NCBI GenBank assembly: GCA_013415695.1
Contig: JAAEEP010000001.1
Span: 68,621 to 132,620 of the forward strand
Reading direction: 5' to 3'
Length of the DNA: 64,000 nucleotides
DNA from: Methanomassiliicoccales archaeon
GTDB taxonomy: Archaea; Thermoplasmatota; Thermoplasmata; Methanomassiliicoccales; JAAEEP01
The notes beneath the pieces were generated by a model. It was not told where the DNA came from. It saw nothing but the letters and a program-made list of their open reading frames with translations, and did no database searches. Shown here piece by piece: positions 34,151 through 42,313 of the stretch; position 1 is the first letter of the stretch; each line of letters opens with the position of its first letter. The position numbers and the translations under genes are program-made.

Positions 34151-37093
34151 TTGATGTCTGAAGAGGTGGCGGTCATCGGTGGTGGCATTTCGGGTGTCCA
34201 AGCTGCACTGGACTTGGCCAAAGCTGGAGTCTTGGTCCACCTCATCGAAAGGGGGCCAAGCCTCGGGGGGCATATGGCTCAGCTGGACAAGACATTTCCA
34301 ACCAACGACTGCTCCGCATGCATACTATCCCCCAAGCTTGTCGAGGCACATCGTCACCCCTTGATCAGGGTTTGGACCCTGACAGAGGCAGTTGACCTGC
34401 AAGGCAGCCCCCCAGATCTCACTCTCAGGGTTAGGGTCAAACCTCGTTTTGTCAGAGAGGACAGGTGTGTTGGATGTGGAGAATGTGCGAACAAGTGTCC
34501 CTCATCTGTGAAGAGCGAGTTCGAGCTTGGTCTATGCAGAAGAAAGGCCATATACATACCCTTCGCGCAGGCCGTTCCATTGAAGTATACCATCGATCCT
34601 GAGCACTGCCTCAAGATCAATGAAAACAAGTGTGGAAACTGCCAGAAGACATGTCCAGCTGACGCAGTAGACTTCGGCATGGAGGAGAGGGAAGAGAAGT
34701 TAGAAGTTGGTGCGGTCATCGTATCCACAGGCTTCGATCAGTTCGACCCAGAGAAAATATCTCCATATCACTACGGCGAGAATCCGAATGTGATGACAGC
34801 ACTGGAGTTCGAGAGGATCCTCAGCCCCTCGGGCCCCACAGGCGGTCACCTCGTGACGAATGATGGGTCCACTCCTAGGAGGCTCGTCTTCGTCCAGTGC
34901 GTGGGTTCCAGGGATAGGAACTACTGCGAACACTGCTCGAGGTTCTGTTGTATGGCTTCCCTCAAGCAGGCGATGATTGCCCTTGAACACGAGCCATCGA
35001 TCGAGGAGGTGACCGTGTGCTATATGGACCTGAGGAGCTATGGCAAGGACTTCGACAGGTACCGGGACCATGTCATGGGAAAGGGCATAAGGTTGATCAG
35101 GGGTAGGCCATCTGAGGTTAATTTAGATCCCCTGGGAGTAAGGATAGAGGACGTGGAGGGAGCTTCGATCAAGGATATCGAAGCAGATATGGTTGTTTTG
35201 GCCATGGCAGCAATACCTTCGAGGGGAATTGGTGAACTGGCGGATGCCCTTAATATCGAACTGGACGATGGCGGCTTTATTAAGACCATGGCATCTAGCG
35301 ACGGACCCCTGGCCACCTCTAGAAGGGGCGTGTTTGCTGCAGGATGCTGCACCGGTCCAAAAGACATACCGGATAGCGTCTGTGAAGCCTCAGCGGCGGC
35401 TTCCTTGTCGCTCACTCTTTTACCTAATAGAAAACCAAAGACCTTGAAGAAGCCCAAAGTCCGTGATGTGTCTGGCGAGATCCCAAGGACAGGTGTGTTT
35501 GTATGCAGATGCGGGACGAATATCGCCTCGACAATTGATGTTCCGGCGGTTGTGGAGGCCGCTTTAAAACTAGAGGGTGTGGCCTATGCTGAGGAGAACC
35601 TCTTCACATGCTCCGAGGCAGCTCTGGATGAGATGGCCACCAGGATACGAGACGAAGGTATCAACAGAGTCGTGATAGCTGCCTGCACACCTCGTACCCA
35701 CGAGCCGATCTTCAAGGACACCTTGGAGAAAGCAGGCATTAACCCTTATCTGCTCGAGATGGCCAACATCAGAGATCAGTGCTCATGGGTTCACCAGGGG
35801 CAACCAATTGAGGCGACAAGGAAGGCCATAGACCTTGTCAAGAGCGCAGTGGCCAAGGCAAACCAGCTTGAGCCATTGCAGACCCAGACCGCAGAAATCA
35901 TCAGGGAGGCAGTTGTTGTGGGAGGTGGACCGGCAGGTCTCTCCGCCGCGAGGGATATGTCCAAGCAGGGTTTCCGAGTGCACTTGATCGAATCGCAAAA
36001 CGAGCTTGGAGGAAGGATGGATGAGATCCACACGTCGAGTGAATTCGGGATCGATCGTATATCAGCTACATCCCTCCTTGAAGGTCTTGACGTTGATATT
36101 TCAAGAAACATCAAGATCGAATCAATCTCTGGATCCGTAGGGGACTTCAATATCGTCCTTAATGATGGTCGAGAGATCAAAGCAGGTGCAATAATCTTGG
36201 CCCCCGGGGCGGATCTGCCTGACTGCAGCGATAAAGAGGACAGAACGATAACCAGTCTCGAACTGGATAGGATGCTTAGAGAAGGAACACCTCTGCCCAA
36301 GAGCGTTGCTTTCGTGCAGTGCGTTGGAGTGCGTAATGAGAGATTTGGCTGTTCCCGATTCTGCTGCAAGAAGATGTTGGAACAGGCCAAGACGCTCGTC
36401 TCTATGGGAATGACGGTGAGCGTGCTACATAAGGATATCATGGCATTTCAGAAGGAAGGCGAGGCACTCTACAGGGATGTCTCAGAAAAGGGTGTGAGAT
36501 TCTACAGGATAGACGGTGAGCCTGACATCTCATCAGAAAATATATCTTTCCAATCTGTCACCGATGGCAACATCACCATTCCAGTGGAGATGGTAATAGA
36601 ATCTATTGGGATGATTCCCTCTGAATCCAACAGGGATCTCAGCCTCCAGCTCAAAGTCCCGTTGAGCAGGGAAGGGTTCTTCCTGGAGAAGCATCAAAAG
36701 CTAGCACCTGTGGAGTTCGCGGTTGACGGGATATTTATGGCTGGATGCGCCCAATATCCTAAGGATCTTTTTGAGAGCATGGTTCAGGGATCGGCTGCAG
36801 CGGCCAAAGCAGCAGGTCTTCTTTCAATGAAAGTTATAACGACCCCGGGCCAGATTTGCGTCGTCGATGAGGAGAGGTGTAGAGGTTGCGGCGAGTGTGA
36901 ATCACTTTGCAGCTACGGAGCTGCCCGATTGAGAGAGATCTCTGGAAAACAGGTATCCCATATAGAGGAGAAAATGTGCAAGGGATGTGGTCTCTGTGCG
37001 GTTTCATGCCCAAGCAACGCCATCGAAGCCCGAGGGTTCACGATCGAGCAGATCGACGCCCAAATCGATGCACTTCTGGGGGCTGAGCGATGA
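34151..37093 (+). CDS. hdrA: heterodisulfide reductase subunit A-like flavoprotein, tandem-fused (980 aa)
   Basis: Two FAD folds (VAVIGGGISG, AVVVGGGPAG). Two VQCVG...CSRFCC motifs. One DCSACILSPK. An inserted ferredoxin (CVGCGECANKCP, CGNCQKTCP). An internal HdrA N-domain-type segment (VFVCRCGTNI...AACTPRTHE...RDQCSWVH). A C-terminal ferredoxin (CRGCGECESLC, CKGCGLCAVSCP). Confidence 0.9.
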   Translation: MMSEEVAVIGGGISGVQAALDLAKAGVLVHLIERGPSLGGHMAQLDKTFPTNDCSACILSPKLVEAHRHPLIRVWTLTEAVDLQGSPPDLTLRVRVKPRFVREDRCVGCGECANKCPSSVKSEFELGLCRRKAIYIPFAQAVPLKYTIDPEHCLKINENKCGNCQKTCPADAVDFGMEEREEKLEVGAVIVSTGFDQFDPEKISPYHYGENPNVMTALEFERILSPSGPTGGHLVTNDGSTPRRLVFVQCVGSRDRNYCEHCSRFCCMASLKQAMIALEHEPSIEEVTVCYMDLRSYGKDFDRYRDHVMGKGIRLIRGRPSEVNLDPLGVRIEDVEGASIKDIEADMVVLAMAAIPSRGIGELADALNIELDDGGFIKTMASSDGPLATSRRGVFAAGCCTGPKDIPDSVCEASAAASLSLTLLPNRKPKTLKKPKVRDVSGEIPRTGVFVCRCGTNIASTIDVPAVVEAALKLEGVAYAEENLFTCSEAALDEMATRIRDEGINRVVIAACTPRTHEPIFKDTLEKAGINPYLLEMANIRDQCSWVHQGQPIEATRKAIDLVKSAVAKANQLEPLQTQTAEIIREAVVVGGGPAGLSAARDMSKQGFRVHLIESQNELGGRMDEIHTSSEFGIDRISATSLLEGLDVDISRNIKIESISGSVGDFNIVLNDGREIKAGAIILAPGADLPDCSDKEDRTITSLELDRMLREGTPLPKSVAFVQCVGVRNERFGCSRFCCKKMLEQAKTLVSMGMTVSVLHKDIMAFQKEGEALYRDVSEKGVRFYRIDGEPDISSENISFQSVTDGNITIPVEMVIESIGMIPSESNRDLSLQLKVPLSREGFFLEKHQKLAPVEFAVDGIFMAGCAQYPKDLFESMVQGSAAAAKAAGLLSMKVITTPGQICVVDEERCRGCGECESLCSYGAARLREISGKQVSHIEEKMCKGCGLCAVSCPSNAIEARGFTIEQIDAQIDALLGAER

Positions 37094-37506
37094 ACTTCGT
37101 CCCAAGAGTGGTGGCATTCTGCTGCAATTGGTGTGCCTATGCTGGAGCTGACCTGGCAGGGGTTTCAAGGTGCCAATACACCCCGGAGACAAGGATTATC
37201 CGGGTGATGTGTTCAAGTCGGGTGGATCCTGCCATGGTTCTTAGATGCTTCGAACTGGGGGCAGATGGGGTAATGGTACTTGGGTGCCACATCGGTGACT
37301 GTCATTACTTAAAGGGGAACGAGGAGGCCGAGAAGAGAATGGAGAGGACCCGGGAGATTATGGAGCTTCTTGGTATCGATGAACGGCGCTTGCTGCTTCG
37401 TTGGATCTCAGCTTCCGAGGGTGAAAGATTCGCCCAGACTGCCGATATGTTCGTTTCCACTCTGAAGGAATTGGGACCACTGAAGGAGGAACAGAATGAG
37501 GATTGA
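37090..37506 (+). CDS. mvhD: MvhD-like (methyl-viologen-reducing hydrogenase delta subunit family) [2Fe-2S] protein
   Basis: 138 aa with FCCNWCAYAGADLAG and VMCSSRVD. ATGA overlap with hdrA. Confidence 0.85.
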   Translation: MNFVPRVVAFCCNWCAYAGADLAGVSRCQYTPETRIIRVMCSSRVDPAMVLRCFELGADGVMVLGCHIGDCHYLKGNEEAEKRMERTREIMELLGIDERRLLLRWISASEGERFAQTADMFVSTLKELGPLKEEQNED

Positions 37507-38614
37507 TGACAGAGCTAGGCAGCTGGGCGTTTCCGGATGCGTCACCTGTGGCCGTTGCACATGGTCATGCCCGATCTCGAGAAGACCGGGAGATTTCTCA
37601 CCTCGAACCCTGGTGGAAAGATTTCTCCGAGAGGGACAGGTGCCTGAGGACAAGGGCATCTGGAGCTGTACCAACTGCGCCATGTGCAGTGAGGTCTGCG
37701 ATTCGGGCGTGCGATTTCATGAGTTTATCAGGGATCTGAGGACTGAGATTGTCAATGATGTTCCTCCTGAGATGACGCATGGAGGCATCATTCCCTATGT
37801 CAGGAGGCTGACCTCCATGCCTCATATCTCACCAAGGAAGAATACATGGATAACTGATTCCATGGAACTGGATCCTGAATCTGGAACGATGTTATTCGTT
37901 GGTTGTATTCCCTACTTCGATGTAATGTTCAGAGATTTCCGTGCGGATCTCCTCGAAATACCACGAGCCGCAGTATCACTCCTGAATGCCATGGAGGTGA
38001 GACCAGCCTTGATGGAGGAGGAGAGATGCTGTGGACATGATGCCTATTGGATAGGTGATATGATAACATTCGAAAGCCTTGCTAGACTCAACATAGAGGC
38101 GATCGAGGAAAGGGGAATTGAAAGGGTTGTATTCACCTGTCCAGAAGGATATTGGACCTTCAAGGAGCTGTACCCACGTCTAAATGGCCCCCTGGGATTT
38201 GAAGTCAAGAGCCTCACGGAACTTCTAGCAAATGCCATCGAAGATGGATCGGTCGTCCTTGAGAGAAGTGAGAAGAAGATAACATTCCAGGACCCTTGCC
38301 GCCTAGGCAGGTACTCCAGCATAATTGACGAGCCTAGGTCGATAATCGATGCCCTGGGAAGGAGAATGGAAATGGGTCGGACAGGACGACTGTCCGCCTG
38401 CTGTGGCCACTCAAACTGGGTGAATTGTGACACATATACCAGGGATTGGCAGCTGGAAAGGTTGGGGGAGGCAGAGTCTACGGGCGCTGAGGTTCTGGCC
38501 ACCGCCTGCCCGAAATGCCTGATACATCTGACCTGCGCCCAGCGCAACTTGTCCGAAAAAGGAATCAAGATCGAGGACATCCATGTGATGGCCGCGTCTG
38601 CTCTAAAACTCTGA
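37496..38614 (+). CDS. HdrD-like Fe-S / CCG-domain disulfide reductase (HdrC-HdrB fusion type)
   Basis: 372 aa. CVTCGRCTWSCP and CTNCAMCSEVC, then two CCG-type regions (ERCCGHD, SACCGHS, ACPKC). 11-nt overlap with mvhD. Confidence 0.8.
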   Translation: MRIDDRARQLGVSGCVTCGRCTWSCPISRRPGDFSPRTLVERFLREGQVPEDKGIWSCTNCAMCSEVCDSGVRFHEFIRDLRTEIVNDVPPEMTHGGIIPYVRRLTSMPHISPRKNTWITDSMELDPESGTMLFVGCIPYFDVMFRDFRADLLEIPRAAVSLLNAMEVRPALMEEERCCGHDAYWIGDMITFESLARLNIEAIEERGIERVVFTCPEGYWTFKELYPRLNGPLGFEVKSLTELLANAIEDGSVVLERSEKKITFQDPCRLGRYSSIIDEPRSIIDALGRRMEMGRTGRLSACCGHSNWVNCDTYTRDWQLERLGEAESTGAEVLATACPKCLIHLTCAQRNLSEKGIKIEDIHVMAASALKL

Positions 38615-38619
38615 TCTCA

Positions 38620-38805
38620 TCACTTCTCGTCTTCTATTATCACGATGGACTTCCCTTCGACTTTCCTCTTCATGTGACCACCAGGGCCGCCCCTCTCAGC
38701 ACGGGCTTTTTCCATACATTTCTCATCATCGCAGACGAATGCTGCGAAAGCGAAGTGTACTGCCCGTCTCCCGCAGAACTGACATTTCTGCTCCTCAATC
38801 TCCAT
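38620..38805 (-). CDS. small 4-Cys zinc-ribbon protein (hypothetical)
   Basis: 61-aa ORF with CQFCG...CDDEKC and a K/E-rich tail. It occupies the 272-nt gap between the hdrD-like and EF-Tu-like genes on the opposite strand. Confidence 0.45.
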   Translation of the reverse strand: MEIEEQKCQFCGRRAVHFAFAAFVCDDEKCMEKARAERGGPGGHMKRKVEGKSIVIIEDEK

Positions 38806-38886
38806 CAGACCTTCATGGAAGCGGTCGCATATCTTCTTTCCCCCTGTGGCAATCTTTATCTATATCGCCCTTGTACCCCTGGGGCA

Positions 38887-39852
38887 ATGGCTAACCTCAA
38901 TGTAACGGTGGTCGGACCACCAGGTTACGGAAGGGACATAGGGAAGAAGGGTACCGACAGCGACATCACATTCTACAATCTTAAGAGGGGGGAAGATACA
39001 GTCACGCTGATGGAGCCAATACGGTATCCAGAGAGGTTAGCTCCGTTGTTCTATTCGGCTTCCATGGCCCACTTCGCCATCATTGTCGTGGAGAAGATCG
39101 ACCACATCTTTGGCGAAGCTGTTCTAATGCTCGATAGCTGTGGAGTAGGGAAGGGGATCATCGTCCTCCGAAACTTCATCGTTCCGGAACAGGTTGCTCC
39201 CTTGATCGTCGGGACTGTCGCTGAGAACTATGCTTTCGTCGAGGACGATCCAATAGAGATAAGGGGAAGGTTGATCCAGGAGGTATCTTCCTTCCTTCCC
39301 TCGAAGCCAGAGGAATCTGAAGAAGGAAGTGTTCCGGTTGACCATCACTTCAATGTGAAAGGTGTGGGCACGGTCGTCCTTGGCTCTGTTTCCCAGGGAA
39401 CGATAAGGAAGCACGATAAATTGAGGGTGTTGCCCGGTGAGGATATAGCAATCGTACGCTCCATTCAGAAACACGATGATAACTTTGATTGGGCTGTCAA
39501 GGGAGAAAGGGTCGGGATGGCCTTGAAGGGATTGGACGCAGATACGCTGGACAGGGGTTATGTCCTGTCTAGTGATGGATCTCTGAGGGTCGACCAACAC
39601 CTGGAAGTCAATGCTGAGCTCATACGTTTCTGGCCAGATCCAATCAAGGAGGGGATGGTTCTCCACATAGGTCACTGGATGCAGTTCGTTCCATGCAAAG
39701 TTGCATCAGTCCACATCGATGACAACTGGAGACGGCCAAGGCTATCGCTGACTCTGGAAAAACCGCTTATTCACCCCCAACAATCAAGGATTGTGCTTAC
39801 CTATCTGGACGGGGGTAAGCTCAGAGTCGTTGGTACCGCCAAGCCACTTTAA
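38887..39852 (+). CDS. EF-Tu/aIF2-gamma-like protein with degenerate GTPase motifs (pseudo-GTPase)
   Basis: ATG at 38887, with the TATA-like TTTATCTATAT centred 27 nt upstream. 321 aa. The G domain has GPPGYGRD in place of GxxxxGK[ST], and EKID in place of NKxD. Clear EF-Tu domain-2 beta-barrel (VKGVGTVVLGSVSQGTIRKHDKLRVLPG). Confidence 0.75.
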   Translation: MANLNVTVVGPPGYGRDIGKKGTDSDITFYNLKRGEDTVTLMEPIRYPERLAPLFYSASMAHFAIIVVEKIDHIFGEAVLMLDSCGVGKGIIVLRNFIVPEQVAPLIVGTVAENYAFVEDDPIEIRGRLIQEVSSFLPSKPEESEEGSVPVDHHFNVKGVGTVVLGSVSQGTIRKHDKLRVLPGEDIAIVRSIQKHDDNFDWAVKGERVGMALKGLDADTLDRGYVLSSDGSLRVDQHLEVNAELIRFWPDPIKEGMVLHIGHWMQFVPCKVASVHIDDNWRRPRLSLTLEKPLIHPQQSRIVLTYLDGGKLRVVGTAKPL

Positions 39853-39939
39853 TCTAGGAATTTCTGAGAGTGCGCTAGCCACCTGTCAGCGTTGTCGGAC
39901 AGAAACTGGTATAAGTACAGCGGATGATTTCATCCAGTC

Positions 39940-40431
39940 GTGAAGATATCTTCTATTGACACAGCGCTCAAGGAACTGCTTGACTCCATTGACTCGACTG
40001 GGGAGCTGGAAAAATGCCATCAGTGCGGCCAGTGCTCCTCCATTTGCCCCAGCTATAGGAATGGCGGGATTAGACCCCGTGAGATTATGGAACTTGTCGT
40101 TATTGGTGCCATTGACCCCGCCAGTGATGAATCGATCTGGCAATGCACAATGTGTAACAGCTGCACCGAGAGGTGTCAGCTTGGCGTTGATCCTGCCAGC
40201 ATCATCAATGTGCTGAGAAACCTTGCCGCTGCTAGAGGTAATGTTCCGGAACACTTCGTGCAAGAGGCTAGATTGTTCAAGAACACTGGGCGCTCGTTTC
40301 CCATTACAGTCCTCACAAAGAAGATGAGGGAAGAGATGGGACTCGAGAGTCTGGAGATCACAGGTTCGGCCAAGGATGACCTTGCTAAGCTCATTGCTGC
40401 AACTAGTTTGGGGGGCCTGGACCTTGAATAA
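39940..40431 (+). CDS. hdrC: heterodisulfide reductase subunit C
   Basis: 163 aa with a GTG start. CHQCGQCSSICP and CTMCNSCTERC. TATAAGTA centred about 27 nt upstream. Confidence 0.85.
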   Translation: MKISSIDTALKELLDSIDSTGELEKCHQCGQCSSICPSYRNGGIRPREIMELVVIGAIDPASDESIWQCTMCNSCTERCQLGVDPASIINVLRNLAAARGNVPEHFVQEARLFKNTGRSFPITVLTKKMREEMGLESLEITGSAKDDLAKLIAATSLGGLDLE

Positions 40432-41251
40432 GCATTACTTGTTCAGAGGATGTCTGATACCCACGAGACTGCCGTTCCTTGAGAAGGCATCGATTATGGC
40501 TCTGGAGAGGATGGGTTTCGAATTCGACCTACTTCCCGATGCCACCTGCTGCATGGAGCCGATCGGGCTCAGATCGATGGCCCTCGACACCTGGAAGGTC
40601 ATCGCGGCCAGGATGTTGGCAGTGGCGGAAGCAGATGGACGGGATGTCGTTACTCTGTGCAATGGGTGCTTCATGTCATTGAAGGAGGCGGCCTATCTGC
40701 TTTCCAAGGAAGATGAAAGGGATGAGGTTAACCAGATCCTAGCAGAAATCGGTATGAAATACAATGGTACCACCAATGTGAAACACCTTCTAGAGGTAGT
40801 GGTCGAAATTGGAGAGGACCGCCTCAGGTCGATGGTCACTTCTCCTTTGGAGGGGATGAGGGTAGCGATTCACCCCGGATGTCACCTAGTGAGGCCATCA
40901 AGTGTTCTGGGTGTCGAAAATCCGTTCTCTCCTGAATCGCTCTTAAGTGTGACCGAGTGGCTGGGAGCAGAGGTGGTTTATGCTCAGGATTGGCCAGGTT
41001 GCTGCGGCGGAGGACTCACAGGAGTCAACGAAAACGTTTCCAGCGGGATATTGAGAGAAACGGTTGAAGAGTTCAAACTGATGGGGGCGAATTACATTGT
41101 CACTCCTTGCCCATTCTGTTTCATTCAATTCGACCTGAAGCAGAAGGAAGGTCTTCCAGTAATCTATCTCGGAGAACTTCTCGCACTAGCACTTGGGGCA
41201 TCAACCGAGGATATTGGAATCAAACATCACCGTATGAGATTGGATCTCTAG
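40376..41251 (+). CDS. hdrB: heterodisulfide reductase subunit B (two CCG domains)
   Basis: Start uncertain: ATG at 40376, or TTG at 40424 overlapping the hdrC stop. YLFRGCLIPTR, DATCCMEP, HPGCH and WPGCCGGG motifs. Confidence 0.85.
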   Translation: MTLLSSLLQLVWGAWTLNKHYLFRGCLIPTRLPFLEKASIMALERMGFEFDLLPDATCCMEPIGLRSMALDTWKVIAARMLAVAEADGRDVVTLCNGCFMSLKEAAYLLSKEDERDEVNQILAEIGMKYNGTTNVKHLLEVVVEIGEDRLRSMVTSPLEGMRVAIHPGCHLVRPSSVLGVENPFSPESLLSVTEWLGAEVVYAQDWPGCCGGGLTGVNENVSSGILRETVEEFKLMGANYIVTPCPFCFIQFDLKQKEGLPVIYLGELLALALGASTEDIGIKHHRMRLDL

Positions 41252-42093
41252 GGTTCCTCCAAGGACTTCACCATAGTTATGTCCAGGCTGAAGTGGGCGG
41301 CCCTTGCCGAGTGGGTTATCCAACCCATGGAAATAATATCTGCATTCTTTGCAAACTCAGGTGCGGTTTCCTGTGTTATGCCTCCGGAAACCTCCACTAG
41401 AACATTCTCATTGAGCTTCTTGACCGCAAGATAGGCCAGCTCGACCTTCTCTGCAGGCATGTTGTCCAGCATCACAATGTCGGCACCAGCCTTCGCGGCC
41501 TCCAACGCTTGTTCGACTGCTTCTACCTCCACCTCGATCTTCTTGGAGAATGAAGCCTTCTTCGCCATGGCAACCGCCTGTGTTATTGATCCCACGACCT
41601 TCAAATGATTATCCTTGATCATGATGGCATCGTCCAGACGGAACCGGTGCGGGTCCCCTCCACCCATTATGACCGCTTTCTTCTCAAAGAAACGGAAACC
41701 TGGAGTGGTCTTTCGAGTGGCGGCGATTCTGACGTCCTTATTCACCTTCTTGCAGACCTTATCAATCTTATTCGTGGCGGTCGCTATACCGCTCATCCGC
41801 ATCAAGAAATTCAGGGCGAGACGCTCACCGAGCAGGATCTTCTTCAAAGGGCCATCTAAAACCAGGATATGCTCCCCCTTGGATATCTCGTCGCCATCCC
41901 TAGCCATCGGAAAAGTGGATACACCCAAGAGGTTGAAGATCTCGATCGCCTCTTCAAGCCCAGCCAGGATGCAATCCTCGTTCGATTGGATGCGGGCACT
42001 ACCCACCTCGTCTCGGACAAGCAAATCGCTGGTGATGTCACCGAAACCAACATCCTCTTCGAGATAGTCCGCTATCCTGCTCATATTTACCAA
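41248..42093 (-). CDS. nadC: nicotinate-nucleotide diphosphorylase (quinolinate phosphoribosyltransferase)
   Basis: 281 aa of the NadC family (ATRKTTPGFR, IMLDNM, EVSGGIT). Confidence 0.9.
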   Translation of the reverse strand: MVNMSRIADYLEEDVGFGDITSDLLVRDEVGSARIQSNEDCILAGLEEAIEIFNLLGVSTFPMARDGDEISKGEHILVLDGPLKKILLGERLALNFLMRMSGIATATNKIDKVCKKVNKDVRIAATRKTTPGFRFFEKKAVIMGGGDPHRFRLDDAIMIKDNHLKVVGSITQAVAMAKKASFSKKIEVEVEAVEQALEAAKAGADIVMLDNMPAEKVELAYLAVKKLNENVLVEVSGGITQETAPEFAKNADIISMGWITHSARAAHFSLDITMVKSLEEP

Positions 42094-42313
42094 AATACCT
42101 GTTACTGAATATAAAGTTAATCAAAATCTGGCTTCTTCAGGGAAAGCTCATTATCATTACAGATTCACAAAATTGATACCATCTGGAAGGGTCTTTCGAG
42201 CAGTGAAATGCTGCAATAGGCAATGTGAACACCCCCTCCGCTCAATCGCGGGCTATTTACATATACTTGGCTGATATATCCAACTAGAATTCATAAATGG
42301 GGATATCCAAGGT

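Noticed and set aside
35791-36441. 216-aa minus-strand ORF (and 35038-35457, 34354-34728, 34700-35071)
   Set aside because: All are antisense to hdrA, which has unambiguous domain motifs throughout. No independent support.
38515-38886. 124-codon 5' extension of the EF-Tu-like ORF, overlapping the hdrD-like 3' end
   Set aside because: The extension reads as unstructured, Cys/Pro/Leu-rich sequence and overlaps another gene. A TATA-like box sits 27 nt before ATG 38887, where the homology to the G domain starts.
38887-39852. EF-Tu-like gene as a SelB (selenocysteine elongation factor) linked to Sec-containing HdrA/MvhD
   Set aside because: hdrA and mvhD are uninterrupted ORFs with Cys at the relevant positions (no in-frame TGA). 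The protein's P-loop is degenerate and the characteristic SelB C-terminal extension is absent.
41248-41251. 4-nt convergent stop-stop overlap (CTAG) between hdrB and nadC
   Set aside because: It is a palindromic coincidence of TAG stops on both strands. It illustrates genome compaction, not a functional element.
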